From: Mobula hypostoma
Taxonomy: Eukaryota
DNA length: 64,000 bases
Direction of reading: 5' to 3'
NCBI RefSeq assembly: GCF_963921235.1
Contig: NC_086120.1
Location: 24,862,001-24,926,000 of the forward strand
A program made the position numbers and the translations under genes. Positions 12,343 to 24,700 of this stretch are shown here, in pieces (position 1 is the first letter of the stretch; each line of letters begins with the position of its first letter). The notes beneath the pieces were generated by a model. It did not search any database and was not told the DNA's origin. It saw nothing but the letters and a program-made list of their open reading frames with translations.

Positions 12343-12522
12343 CTTGACTTTGACTTAGGAAGTCCACTGCAATTGCTTGCTGAGATTTCTTTGATGACAT
12401 CTCTCAAAACTTCAGCAGCTAGAAGAGCAAGTTCAGCAATGCACCAGAGCACCACCACCTCTAAATTTTCCTCCCAAGCCATACACCACCTCTCCTTAAT
12501 TCTGCCTGTCTAAACTCGCTTC

Positions 12523-12882
12523 TGTCGAGATTGGTTAGTTTAGACACTGCATTGCTTTTCCCATTGGAGAGCTACCTGGTGTCCAGTTTCAGATATCCTG
12601 GGTATATAGAGAGTACGTGTGGGAGGTTCCTTCCCTCTTCTTTTGTTTCAGGCAAGCAGTGCACATGACCATTGGGAAGGTAAGCGCTGTGTGCGCTTTT
12701 AACTAAGAATGTTTGTTAAATGCACACGTATTTGTTGAGCATTCAGCTTGGTAGTCTCTGTAACTTGGGGAATATGGATGTTTGGTCGAATTTTCACTGT
12801 TTGTAAATAAATGATTAATATACTTATTCCCGTTTTCATTGTTTTCTGTCTCACTTGCCAGACCTGCAAACCTGTTTGAACA
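12523..12882 (+). mobile_element. Putative solo LTR
   Basis: TG...CA bounded ~360 bp with TATA-like gtatatag and AATAAA, interrupting a LINE 3' fragment. No clean TSD. Confidence 0.35.
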
Positions 12883-13073
12883 TTATACCACCCTGACGTG
12901 GAAATATGTCACTGTTCCTTCTTCACCTGAGCTGAAACAAAGCACACTCATCCCAACAGCACTGCATAACATCTTCAGCACATGGAATGCTGTGGGTTAG
13001 GGTTGTGGCTTTTCATAACCTGAGGGGGATTAGAGATTGGCAATAAACATCAGACCGATCAGAAAGGCAACTA

Positions 13074-14510
13074 TAGGTTTCCCCCGCCATCCGAAGGTAG
13101 AGTGTTCCTATGAAACGGTTCGTAAGCCGGAATGTCATAAAGCAAAGAAGCAATTACCATTTATTTATATGGGAACATTTTGTGAGTGTTCGCAGACCCA
13201 AAAATAACCTACCAAATCATGCCAAATAACATAAAATCTAAAATAACAGTAACATATAGTAAAAGCAGGAATGATATGATAAATACACAGCCTATATAAA
13301 TTAGAAATACTTCTCTACAACGATTGCTTGCACTGTTCTCCGTAGCGAAAATCTCACGCAAGCGCTCTCGGCAGAAACACTCTCTCCAGTAACCTTTAAG
13401 CTATGAAGCTGCCAAATCATACCAAATAACACATAAAAATACACAGTCTATATAAAGTAGAAATAATGTATGTACAGTGTAGTATCAATTACTGGAACTG
13501 GGACAGCGCCGAGCACACTGATGATGGTGTGCTAGGCTGAGTCAGAGGTTGGGATGGTGCAATTGCCACTGATCTGGGCCGACATTTACATGCCGGGCGG
13601 CACCTAATTAATTAACTTGTTTATTTCGGCTTTTTTCTTAAAGACGTGCTGAGTGCCTCCCGGTTACCGCTGCATTCTTCACGAATCAGTATCTGTCCGC
13701 GGCCCGGAGGTTGGGACCACTGGGGTGGTGGGACATGGGGGTGTCATCCCATCGTCGATCAGGGCAGGCAGGTCATCTTCTTCTATGTCTGCCTGCCTCA
13801 ATGTCGAAGGTCAAGGTTCGACGTCAGCTGCGGCTGATGTGGAAGGCTTGAAAAACGACGGTATGCTTGACTGCTAGCCTCACACATTTTTCTATCATAC
13901 AGTTCTTTGTAAACCATCTTGCAAGTATGCCCTAAACTGACGTACCCTTTCAAAATTAAAGTCGTACTGTATCATTGCAGCGAAAATCTCACGCAGTTGC
14001 TTCACGTTCAGTTCCTGGACGACTTCACTTTCGGTCCGTTCACTACTGCATTCGGTTTTAATTGTTGTCCTTTCTTCTTCCAATTGCATCAGCTCTTCAT
14101 CTATCAGTTCTTGGTCATGGGATGCCAAAACCTCTTCAACATCATCCTCGTCAACTTCCACAAGCCAAACTCACTTTGTCCTTACTTCGTTCACCATGAT
14201 TGAAACGCCTAATTATGTCTAGTTTTACGCTAACTGCAACACCCTTATGAGTTCTTTTAGGCTTTTCTGATACCTTAGAACTCACCTTGCAAACGGCTGC
14301 TCACAGGCATGTGTTTAAGCAATGCGGGCAAGAATGCCGTTCCGAATCCGGGGGAGAGCGGCTGCTCGGGGTGCGTGCTGATTTTTTTTCGCACACTTCT
14401 TTTTTCTAACAGTGAAAACACCTCCTGTTAGCGAAAACAGGGAACTAATGTAGGTCTTTCGTAACAGTGAGGTTTCGTAAAGCAAACGTTCAAAAAGCGG
14501 GGGCCACCTG
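13074..14510 (-). mobile_element. Tigger/pogo (TcMar) DNA transposon, internally deleted
   Basis: TIRs taggtttcccccgc / gcgggggccacctg flanked by TA. Tigger-type acidic C-terminal fragment EVDEDDVEEVLASHDQELIDEELMQLEEE at 13895-14161. Confidence 0.85.
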
Positions 14511-14859
14511 TACTCCAAGAAGAACGAAAAATATTACGTCTATTCAAAAGTAGTTATTTTGTTTCTGTTGAAGCAACACTACAGAAATACTGGCTATTCC
14601 TGACAGTCTTTAATAATCTGCTCACCAAGATGCAAATTGATCTTTTGTCTGTTTGCTGCAGTTGTATTACTTATCCAGTTAAACACTGCTTGTAATATCT
14701 GAAGCAGTCAAGACCTTGAGGGGGTAATGAAAAGCCAGCTCACCAACTACACATTCATTATCTTAGGTGCTAGAGAAAGATTGTAGAAAAAAAGATACAT
14801 GATTTTAAACAGAATGATAGAACATTCCTCCTATTCCCCTACATTCCTCCTTAGAACTT

Positions 14860-16059
14860 CTGGAGAATAAAGACGCATACGTAAGGCTCCTTTTCATTGA
14901 CTACAGCTCTGCCTTTAATACCATCATTCCAAATAAACTGATTCCTAAGCTCCGGAACCTGGGCCTTAGCATTCAGATCTGCAGCTGGATCTTCAACTTC
15001 CTCACAGACAGGACCCGGGCTATAAAAATAGGGGACAAGCTCTCCTCTACAATCACTCTGAGCACCGGTGCCCCACAAGGCTATGTACTCAGCCCCCTGC
15101 TGTACTCACTGTACACCCATGATTGTGTAGCCAAGTTTCCATCGAACTCAATATATGTTTGCTGATGACACCACAATTGTAGGCTGTATTTCGGGTAATG
15201 ATGAGTTTGAGTACAGAGAGGAAATTAAGAACCTGGTGGCATGGTGCGAAGACAATAACCTATCCCTCAACGTCAGCAAGACGAAGGAATTGGTTGTTGA
15301 CTTCAGAAGGAGTAGAGGACCCAATGACCCAATTTACATCGGTGGTGCACAAGTGGAACAGGTCAAAAGCTTTAAGTTCCTCAGGGTCAATATCACAAAT
15401 GACCTGACTTGGTCCAACCAAGCACAGTCCACTGCCAAGAAGGCCCACCAGCGCCTTTACTTCCTGAGAAAGCTAAAGAAATTTGGCCTGTCCCCTAAAA
15501 CCCTCACTAATTTTTATAGATGCACCATAGAAAGCATTCTTCTAGGGTGCATCACAACCTGGTATGGAAGTTGTCCTGTCCAAGACCAGAACAAGCTGTA
15601 GAAGATCATGAACACAGCCCAGCACATCACACAAACCAATCTTCCGTCCTTGGACTCACTTTACACCGCAGGCTGTCGGAGCAGTGCTGCCAGGATAATC
15701 AAGGACACGACCCACCCAGCCAACATACTTTTTGTCCCTCTTCCCTCCAGGGAAGGCTCAGGAGCTTGAAGACTTGTATGGCCAGATTTGGGAACAGCTT
15801 CTTTCCAACTGTGATAAGACTGTTGAACAGATCCTGACCCGGATATGGGCCGTACCCTCCAAATATCCAGATCTGCCTCTCAGTTTTTTTGCACTACCTT
15901 ACTTTCCCTTTTCTATTTTCTACTTATGCTTTATAATTTAAATTTTTAATATTTACTATCGATTTGTAATCCAGGGAGCATGAAGCGCAGAATCAAATAT
16001 CGCTGTGATGATTGTACGTTCTACTATCAATTGTTTGGTGACAATAAAGTATGAAGTAA
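14860..16059 (+). mobile_element. Rex1/Babar-type LINE, 5'-truncated
   Basis: RT motifs [24 protein letters not shown] and [17 protein letters not shown]. It ends in a caataaagtatgaagta tail, with a possible agaactt TSD. Confidence 0.9.
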
Positions 16060-17040
16060 AGAACTTTATTTTACTGAACAAGATTATTCAGTGTGAACCG
16101 TATCAGATCAATTGTGAGAATGTGGCAAGAGCGCATGTGGCTGATTGATCGCGCAGTGAATTGATTGGGCCTCCTGCACATAGAAGGCTCTCTCTTTTTT
16201 GCGTGGGCTTTCAAGTGCACTTTTTTTTTGTCTCAGCAGGCCCGGTTTGTCACCACCAAACTGTTAAGTTGCCCACTGTGTACTGTTACTAATGTGATTC
16301 AGTAAAAATGTTTAATCCTACTACTCCGTTGTTGGTCTTGCTCTCCGCATATACAACACAGCCCATCATCGAAAAGTAGATATTGAGGCCAATTCTATCC
16401 CAGACAAATGATTATCTAGGTACTTATTTTAAACTTGCTTCTTATCACACTTACAGGCAAAGAATTCCAACTATTCTTTTGGAGGAAAACCATTGCCTTC
16501 CTCCCTGCCCCCTCCCCCACTCCTTCCACCACTCTGAACTCTGACCCTACCACTAAGTAGTGTAAACCTTTATTCCCTGAATAAAGCAACCTCTGATAAT
16601 GCAAGTTCTTGTTACTCATCTCATCTCTGCTATTTATGAATTGTGCCCTCATATTCTTGTTACACAGAAAATATCACAGGCTTTTCTCAAAATGGGTGTA
16701 ACCAATATACAGTGCACTAATGCTTTATATATTCTTAACACTTATGTCTTAATCAATAAGAATGAAGATATATATACCTTGTAATATTTATATGGAGCAA
16801 ATTAGGTAGCACAAACTGTTTTCATTGATTACCTTTAGACTCGATGCATACCTGTCCCACTTTATTGCTTCCCCCTCTCCACATGGGTAAATGTGCTGCC
16901 CCACCCCCCTTGCAAACTATCTGCCATATTTTCTTTACAACAGTAGCTGCACCGCACATTACGAGAAGGTGGACAAAATCAGCAAGACAAACATTGGAGA
17001 TGTTGGGAGGGTGGGGAGGTAGGGGAAAGTACAACACTAC

Positions 17041-17127
17041 CTTGGAACCAGGCTCCTCTTCCATTTCTTCAGTTCTGTTGTAAACATAAATCACATCGAA
17101 GAAAAAATAAGGGGATTGCAGAATTTT
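17041..17127 (-). CDS. BABAM1: BABAM1 coding exon 7
   Basis: ccccacag|KILQSPYFFFDVIYVYNRTEEMEEEPGSK|gtagtg. 87 nt, matches MERIT40 PYFFFDVVY. Confidence 0.95.
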
Positions 17128-18269
17128 CTGTGGGGAGAGGTGTAGAAACACATTGATTATACTGGGCATCAAGTAAAACTGTATATCAACTTAGAAATAT
17201 AATCTTTCTCAGCACATTACATCCCACAGGATGGAACAAATGAAAGAAGTGAAAACTGATGAACTTTGTTAGGGAGGAATATTGAGCAATAATGGAAGTG
17301 AGTCTGTTGAGGTACAAAGTGAACCATTGTCCAACTGGAGTGGATACAAACAACAAAATGAAGCTAAGCAGAAATTAAGTTAGCAGGTTCTCGAGAGGCT
17401 TTAAGGCAGAAATAGATAAAGCAATGTGAAAGAGTACAGATGAAGAGCTAGAGATAATCGGCTAGGAAAAAAAAACTCCAGGCCCAGGAACAGTTGAGGA
17501 CAAATGCAAGAGTGCAGGAAGTTGGAGGGACATGAAGGAATTGAGAAAGTGGGAAGAGGATGACTGCAGGACCAAGTATGAGTGTCATAGGCCTCAGAAA
17601 GTTGGCAATCCGCCCAAAATGACACAAGGTAGAGACTACCTCACACTCTCATTCTAAAACCAAATGCCCAAACCAGACCTCTTTGGAATGATGGGCTTCT
17701 GAGATCTTGCAGATTATTGAACAAAACAAAACAAAACAAAAAAAAACAATTACCCCAGCAATCTAGAATCCTTTCACCCTCAACCCCATCATCCCTTCAT
17801 TTCCAAAATCCCAGATACCCCAATTCCATTCCCCTATTTTATCTCTCAATCCAGAAATACACTATTGTTTTTGGTCACGTTCCCCAGTAATTCTACAGGC
17901 TCTGCTTTTTTCTTCCCAACCCAAGAATTATTTGAATTCATCACAAATATGGATACCTTTTCCCATTCTTCTTCAATTTCGATTTCTCACCTGATCAATG
18001 CACCTTAAATTACAAAAATCCATTACCTCAATTTTGAGTGTATAAACTGAGCACTCCAAACCCTCTGAGGAACAGGATGCTCAGGGAGTTGTGATCCTTT
18101 GAAGGAATTTCTCATGTTGGTGGCTGACCAAAAACATTTTCTAAAATGGATCAAAGTAGCCAAAGGCTGTATCCCATATGCACCCAGCAAGCAGTATCTT
18201 TGTCCCCATTATTGCAAGGGTTGGGGGAGTTACAAATTCAAACAGGAGGCAAAATATCATGCTACTTAC

Positions 18270-18399
18270 GCTGAAGTGCTCCACTGAAACTGACTGCGGG
18301 TTGCAGGGTGTTCGAATGTAGACTAGTATCATCCGTACGATGTATGGAGGCGGGATTGTCTGCACACTTTCTGTCACTGGCAATTCAATTTTCTGTTGT
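18270..18399 (-). CDS. BABAM1: BABAM1 coding exon 6
   Basis: cccag|(V)QQKIELPVTESVQTIPPPYIVRMILVYIRTPCNPQSVSVEHFS|gtaagt. 130 nt, phases consistent. Confidence 0.96.
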
Positions 18400-18917
18400 C
18401 TGGGATCAGATGCTAAAATGAATTAATCTGAGTAATAAGCTCAGCCTAGCAAGGTTATGAAAGGTCACAAAAACTCAAAGGCCTTCCCAAGATGTGGGAG
18501 GACTCTGCCAGTTTTCTATCTGGAATGTGTACAGCACTCACAATTCAATGAAGAACCACAATTGCGCTTGCGTGCAACTGTCACTCACTGGTTAGCACCT
18601 CAGCTCAAAGTCAGGTTGAGGATTCAATACTACTCCAAAATCCCATGCAAAAACACAGTTTGGCACTTCCAGTGCGGGAAGCAAGGGTGTGCAGCTCTAA
18701 TAGAGGTGTCAACTTTCAGGTGAAACACTTAATTAAATCCTTGCCCTCCCTCTCAGGTGAACGCAAACACTCCAATCAATTGAGGAGCAGGGCAACTACA
18801 TTTAGTGCCTGGACAAACTTTATTCCTTTTAGCTGCATCACTAAAGGATTTCTTTTGCAGTCTGTATCATATTGATGTTGTGAGATCTTTCCATGAACAC
18901 CGTGACATTTACAACAC

Positions 18918-20485
18918 TACAACCATCTGTTAGTCTCGCGAGACCATGGATCTGCACCTGGAAAGCTCCAGGGCGTAGGCCTGGCAAGGTTGTATGGAAG
19001 ACCAGCAGTTGCCCATGCTGCAAGTCTCCCCTCTCCACGACACTGATGTTGTCCAAGAGAAGGGCAAGGGCCGATACAGCTTGGCATCAGTGTTGTCACA
19101 GGAGTTGCCAGAACAAGGTTGAAGGCAATGTCGGACTGCCTTAGGGACTCCAGGTCTGGATTTGTCCTCAGGGTTTACTCCTGAAAACCCTGTCCCATGA
19201 GTGGGTATGGCCGGAAGGCAGCGGAGATTTGAAATCAGAGTTTTCCCTCTCTTAGATCAGCGGTCCCCAAACACCGGGCCGCAAAGCATGTGCTACCGGG
19301 CCGCGAGGAAACAATATGATTTGGCGATATGAGTCAGCTGCACCTCTCCTCATTCCCTGTCATGCCCACTGTTGAGCTTGAATGCACGTAAGGTCATTAC
19401 CCGCACGTCATCCGTGTCAGCGCGGGAAGGAGATCAACTCCTCGAGCTTGCAAATGACGGCGGGCTGAAAAGTATGTTTGACATAACATCTCTGCCGGCA
19501 TTCCAGATCAAAGTCAAGGCTAAATATCCTGAGATAGCCACAAAAGCACTGAAAACATTGCTTCCATTTCCAACATATCTCTGCAATGAATGCAACGATA
19601 ACTAAATTGAGGAATAGACTGGACATAAGGTACCCCCTTTGAGTATCGCTGTCTCCCATCACCCCTCGATAGGACCGTCTTGTTGCAGGTAAACAAGCCC
19701 AGCGCTCCCACTGATTCAGCGATATTGGTGTGTAGCAATGATTTTATATGTTCATGCGAGGAAAATATGTGCTGTGTGTTTAATATCCAAACGTTACTTA
19801 AAATGTTATGATGCTGTTGACTTAAAAGTAACTTATATAACCATATAACAATTACAGCACGGAAACAGGCCATCTCGGCCCTTCCAGTCCGTGCCGAACG
19901 CTACTCTCACCTAGTCCCACCGACCTGCACTCAGCCCATAACCCTCCATTCCTTTCCTGTCCATATACCTATCCATTTTTTCTTTAAATGATAATATCGA
20001 ACCTGCCTCTACCACTTCTACTGGAAGTTCGTTCAACACTTACTTCAAGCTCCCCCGTCCTCCCCTGATAACTGACTTATCACTACATTCATGTGAGGAA
20101 AATATGCACTGTGTGTTTAATATTAAATTCACTAGATAAACCCTTTTAGAAACGAAATTGAGTTTATTAGCCACTTATCACCTACATTCCGGTCGTGATT
20201 AACACCCTCCCCCCCCACCCCGAACAGAATTGCCAAATATGATGTGTAGGGAAAAAAAAATCGGCAAGTACACGCATGCGCACACAGGTGCCCGCGCAAG
20301 GCTTCATGGTCATTGTAGTCTTTCTTGGGGTAAGCACAACGTATTTGACTGGTCTTCTTGTCCATTTGCAATGCTACCCCGCCCCCCCCCCCCCCCCCCG
20401 GTCAGCCGGTCTGCAGTGCAAAAAAGGTTGGGGACCCCTGTCTTAGATGGACTGCCTTCCCAGGCTGACGAGCTCCATCTACACT
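18918..20485 (+). mobile_element. RTE-related SINE/LINE fragment split by the Charlie insertion
   Basis: The sequence continues across the hAT TSD (ttttccctctcttagat | ggactgccttcccaggctgacgagctccatc). Family assignment is from recognition only. Confidence 0.45.
19258..20440 (+). mobile_element. hAT-Charlie non-autonomous DNA transposon
   Basis: TIRs cagcggtccccaa / ttggggacccctg and a perfect 8-bp TSD tcttagat (19250-19257, 20441-20448). Transposase fragment QLLELANDGGLKSMF...YPEIATKALKTLLPFPTYLC. It carries a CR1 3' fragment at ~19835-20035. Confidence 0.92.
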
Positions 20486-20836
20486 ACAACAGTGACTAAA
20501 CGTTAAAGTTGCTCGTTAGCCGTACTGCTCTTTCTGATGTCAAATGATTACGACAGGCACTGTAGAAATGGGAATGTCCTGTGCACATTTACAGTGAATC
20601 CTCAGACAGGACTGTGCTCTGAAGCAGCAGTTACTTGCTTACTGCATACCAAGCTGATGCAAAGTACTGCCAGGCTTATTTTCACACTTATTTACAGAGG
20701 AATGTGTCAGTTTCAAAGATTACTCAACCTGGTCTGGAACTCCCCACTCACTGAGAGCTTTCTCAAATATATTTTTTGGATGCATCAGCTCAAGATAGAA
20801 CACATTTTAAAAAAAGTTGGAGTAAGAGCTACTTAC

Positions 20837-20861
20837 ACAAGGTTAAAGAGCCCATCCAGAT
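20837..20861 (-). CDS. BABAM1: BABAM1 coding exon 5 (25-nt microexon)
   Basis: ttccag|ATCTGGATGGGCTCTTTAACCTTGT|gtaagt = (D)LDGLFNL(V), matching NLEGLFSLI. It is needed to keep frame between exons 4 and 6. Confidence 0.93.
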
Positions 20862-21708
20862 CTGGAATTAGACTTTAAGGAAAAAAAATGAAGAATTATG
20901 TAGCATCACAGTACAGAGTGATCACTAGGCCAAATGGAATTATGCTCTACACAAGCCTCCACCCAGTCACCAATAACCTACCATTTCTTTCTCTTTTATC
21001 ATAAACATCGAGCCTGCCCTTTATTCTGTCAAAGACATTTGCAACCAGTCCCTGCATACTCACCATCTGACGTCTGAAGGATGCCTCTTAAGTTTATTTC
21101 TGATTACTGTGTAGCAGCAATTCTTATTCTTGATTTCAACTTTCACATGAGGAAATTGTTTCCAAAAAGCCTATTATTCAAACACTTCTCGATTTGAAGA
21201 TCACTCACTGATTTCCTCTTCATTTTCTTCATCTTGCTGTAACCTTCCAGTTGTGACAACACCTTTGTAAATCTTCCCTACACTTTCTAGTGTTGCAACT
21301 GGCCAACTTGCCCCATCAGTCTCTTAAACACTGTTTTGTACAGGGCCAGGCTATCCAACAGTATTAGAGTGACAGACATATCTCACTATAACTGCACAGT
21401 GCCACTATCACAAAACCCCAGTTTTGTAAACAGCTAAGTACGATCAGTTCTGACTCAAGCCAACTTTAGAAGATGCATATCTCTAATTATATCACTGGAG
21501 AGCTTCGACAGTTCAAGTGAAATACAATATGAAACTTCCTCTTCTATTACAGTTTACTAAGCTCTTAATATTGGACATGGAATCCTCGGTCTGGTTTATT
21601 CATGCCCAAACATCTCTGCAACAGGCACAGAACGTGCCCTGCAGTCTTATAGGATGACAGCAACACAGTCCAATTCAGGACTCATGGACCTCCACAAGAA
21701 AAGGATAC
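20862..21708 (-). other. BABAM1: U12-type (minor spliceosome) GT-AG intron of BABAM1
   Basis: 5' site GTATCCTTTT. Branch-like TTTTCCTTAAAG lies just upstream of the terminal CAG, with no intervening polypyrimidine tract. Confidence 0.88.
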
Positions 21709-21787
21709 CGAAAGACTCACAGACATTTGTATCTAGGTCGTACAGACAGCTGCAAACTTCCCGGGGGTCAGAGGTAAAGCCAGACAG
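21709..21787 (-). CDS. BABAM1: BABAM1 coding exon 4
   Basis: cattccag|LSGFTSDPREVCSCLYDLDTNVCESF(D)|gtatcc. 79 nt. Confidence 0.96.
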
Positions 21788-22150
21788 CTGGAATGAAGGA
21801 AAGAGAAATGGAACATGCATATCAGCTAATAATTCAGATCAATGCTCCAATAGTTCCAATCATCTGCTTGGTTAGTACATAGACTGAATTATATTCTAGT
21901 GCCATCAACTGGCTTACTTTTGGCACTACACCATGGCTGCTGACATGGCAGCGAGAGCCAGTGTGCAAATTCAAAACATGCAGGTAGGGAAAATGGTCTA
22001 AAATCACTCCAGTGATTTGGTTTTTGATCCCGGTATGAACAGTTAAGGATCAATGCTGTTTTGGGCACACAGGGCAATTCCAGTGGTTTGAATGGTACCA
22101 GCTAGGCACACTTTCTTCCCTCCGACCTCAGCTTTAGACTGTACATTGTA

Positions 22151-23185
22151 CACTCCATCGTCCCGCCACCCCACTAGGAATAGGGTTCCCCTTGTCCTCA
22201 CCTACCACCCCACCAGCCTCCGGGTCCACCATATAATTCTCCATAACTTCCGCCACCTCCAACGGGATCCCACCACCAAGCACATCTTCCCCCCCCCCCC
22301 CCCGGCTTTCCGCAGGGATCGCTCCCTACACGACTCCCTTGTTCATTCGTCCTCCCCATTCCTCCCCACCGATCTCCCCCCTGGCACTTATCCTTGTAAG
22401 CGGAACAAGTGCTACACACACTTCCTCCCTCACCACCATTCAGGGCCCCAGACAGTCCTTCCAGATGAGGCGACACTTCACCTGTCAGTCGGCTGGAGTG
22501 ATATACTGCATCCAGTGCTCCCGTCCTTCTATATGTTGGTGAGACCCGACGCAGACTGGGAGATCATTTTGCTGAACACCTATGCTCTGTCCGCCAGAGA
22601 AAGCAGGATCTCCCAGTGGCCACACATTTTAATTCCACGTCCCATTCCCATTCTGACATGTCTATCCACGGCCTCCTCTACTGTAAAGATGAAGCCAAAC
22701 TCAGGTTGGAGGAACAACACCCTATATTCCGTCTGGGTAGCCTCCAACCTGATGGCATGAACATTGACTTCTCAAACTTCCGCTAATGCCCCACCTCCCC
22801 CTTGTACCCCATCTGTTATTTATTTATATACACACATTCTTTTTCTCTCTTTCCTTTTTCTCCTCTGTCCCTCTCACTATACCTCTTGCCCATCCTCTGG
22901 GTTTTTTTCCCCCGCTCCCCCTTTTCTTTCTCCCTGGGCCCCCTGTCCCATGATCCTCTCGTATCCCTTTTGCCAATCACCTGTCCAGCTCTTGGCTCCA
23001 TCCCTCCCCCTCCTGTCTTCTCCTATCATTTCGGATCTCCCCCTCCCCCTCCCACTTTCAAATCTCTTACTAGCTCTTCTTTCAGTTAGTCCTGACGAAG
23101 AGTCTCGGCCCAAAACATCGACTGTACCACTTCCTAGAGATGCTGCCTGGCCTGCTGCGTTCACCAGCAACTTTGATGTGTGTTG
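22151..23185 (+). mobile_element. Penelope-like retroelement, 5'-truncated
   Basis: Near-identical to ~10060-11095. The hammerhead motif at 23088-23123 has GAAA changed to AAAA. It ends ~12 nt from the BABAM1 exon 3 donor. Confidence 0.9.
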
Positions 23186-23197
23186 TATTGTTCTTAC

Positions 23198-23318
23198 CCA
23201 AGTGACTTCATCATTCACCACCACGAGGGCAAACTCATGCCGCTTGTCAATCTTGTGCTTTGTCCTGACAAACATTTCTATCATTTTCTGAGCAATGTTT
23301 AACGCGTTGGTTTTGGAA
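23198..23318 (-). CDS. BABAM1: BABAM1 coding exon 3
   Basis: tacttag|(G)SKTNALNIAQKMIEMFVRTKHKIDKRHEFALVVVNDEVTW|gtaaga. 121 nt, vWA-like domain. Confidence 0.97.
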
Positions 23319-23479
23319 CTAAGTAAAAAAAAACAAAAGAATAAAATCAAATTCAGCAATTCCCAGTACCTAATCAAAGTCAAATCACTACAGTCCCAGT
23401 ACCTGAGTCACAGCCGATCCAATAGCCTCAAGGATAAATGAACTATCAACCCAACTATCACCCAGTACCACAGAAACTT

Positions 23480-24700
23480 GCATTGAATGAGACAGTCACT
23501 TGGCCCACAGTTCCTACTCACCCTCCCACCACACCACCCCCCCCCAGACAGAAGAGGGATAGAGTTCCCCTGGTCTTCCCACCCCACCACCCTACATCTC
23601 CACTACATCAAGCTTCATAACTTCTACCACCAGCCGCAACTTCCCCTCCCCACCCCTTTCCACATGGATCACTCGCTCTGTGGTTCCTCATCTGCTCATC
23701 CTTCCCCAAGCACTTTCCCCTCCAACCATAAGAGGTGTTACCTCTACACCTCCTCTCCTACCATCATCCAGGGCTCTAAACAGCCCTCCTGGGTGAGGCA
23801 GACATTCACATGCCTTAATTATTAAATCTAGTCTTCCTGACGTGGTCTCTTTTACATTGACGAGACCAGGAATAGACCAGACAACAGCTTTGCTGAGCCA
23901 CAGTACTCCGTCCACCATGGATGTCTGGATCTCTCGGTTGTTATTCTCCTTCTCATTTCCATGTTGATATGACTGCCCTCAGCATCTTCCTCTGCCAGGG
24001 TGTGGCTAAACACAAACCAGAGGAATAGCACCTCATATTCTGCCTAAGTAGGCACCCAATGGCAAGAGTACTGAATCCTCCAACTTCCAGTAAACTGCTC
24101 TCCTCCTGATCTACTCACATCAGCCACCATCACGTCGTTTTTTGCCCTTCCTTGAGTCACTCGATCTTCCCATCACCCACACACTCCTCCGCTGTTCCCA
24201 TCTATCTGCCATTCCATGATCCACCTTACTCCCCGCAGCTTCCATCACCTTCACCTTTAGCCTTTTGTCACCCGCCCAGTTTCCACTGCTGCTTTCAATC
24301 TACCTCCCTGCATCTGCTCTTGCTACACCCCTTCCCTCCATCTCTTTAAACCAGCTATCTCCCCTCTATCTTTCAGTCCATAGCAAGGGTCTCAACCCAA
24401 AATGTCAACTCACAAACATGAGAAAGTCTGCAGGTGCTGGAAATCCAAGCCACACATATACACACAAAATGCTGGAGGAACTCAGCAGGCCAGGCAGCAT
24501 CTATGGAAAAAGAGAACAGTCGACATTTTGGGCTGAGACCCTTCTTCAGGACTGCTGCCTGGCCTGCTGAGTTCTTCCAGCATTTTGTGTGTGTCGCCAA
24601 GAAGTCAACTGTCCATTTCCCTCCATAGAAGCTTCCTGACCCACCGAGTTCTTCCGCAATCTTGTGTGATTCTCCAGATTCCAGCACCTACTGTCTCCTG
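23480..24700 (+). mobile_element. Old degenerate Penelope-like copy with a younger fold-back element nested at 24411-24596
   Basis: Decayed RDRVPLV...GIY-YIG homologous sequence. The nested insertion is flanked by ccaaaatgtcaact / ccaagaagtcaact. Confidence 0.75.

Noticed and set aside
16113-16358. Possible TG...CA solo LTR
   Set aside because: No TSD, no PBS/PPT and no second copy in the window.
22764-23383. Long ORFs ending ...PDEGSRPETSTVPLPRDAAWPAAF (also 10681-11127, 862-1062, 41959-42381)
   Set aside because: These are translations of the non-coding Penelope terminus and hammerhead. Only 23198-23318 is a real exon.
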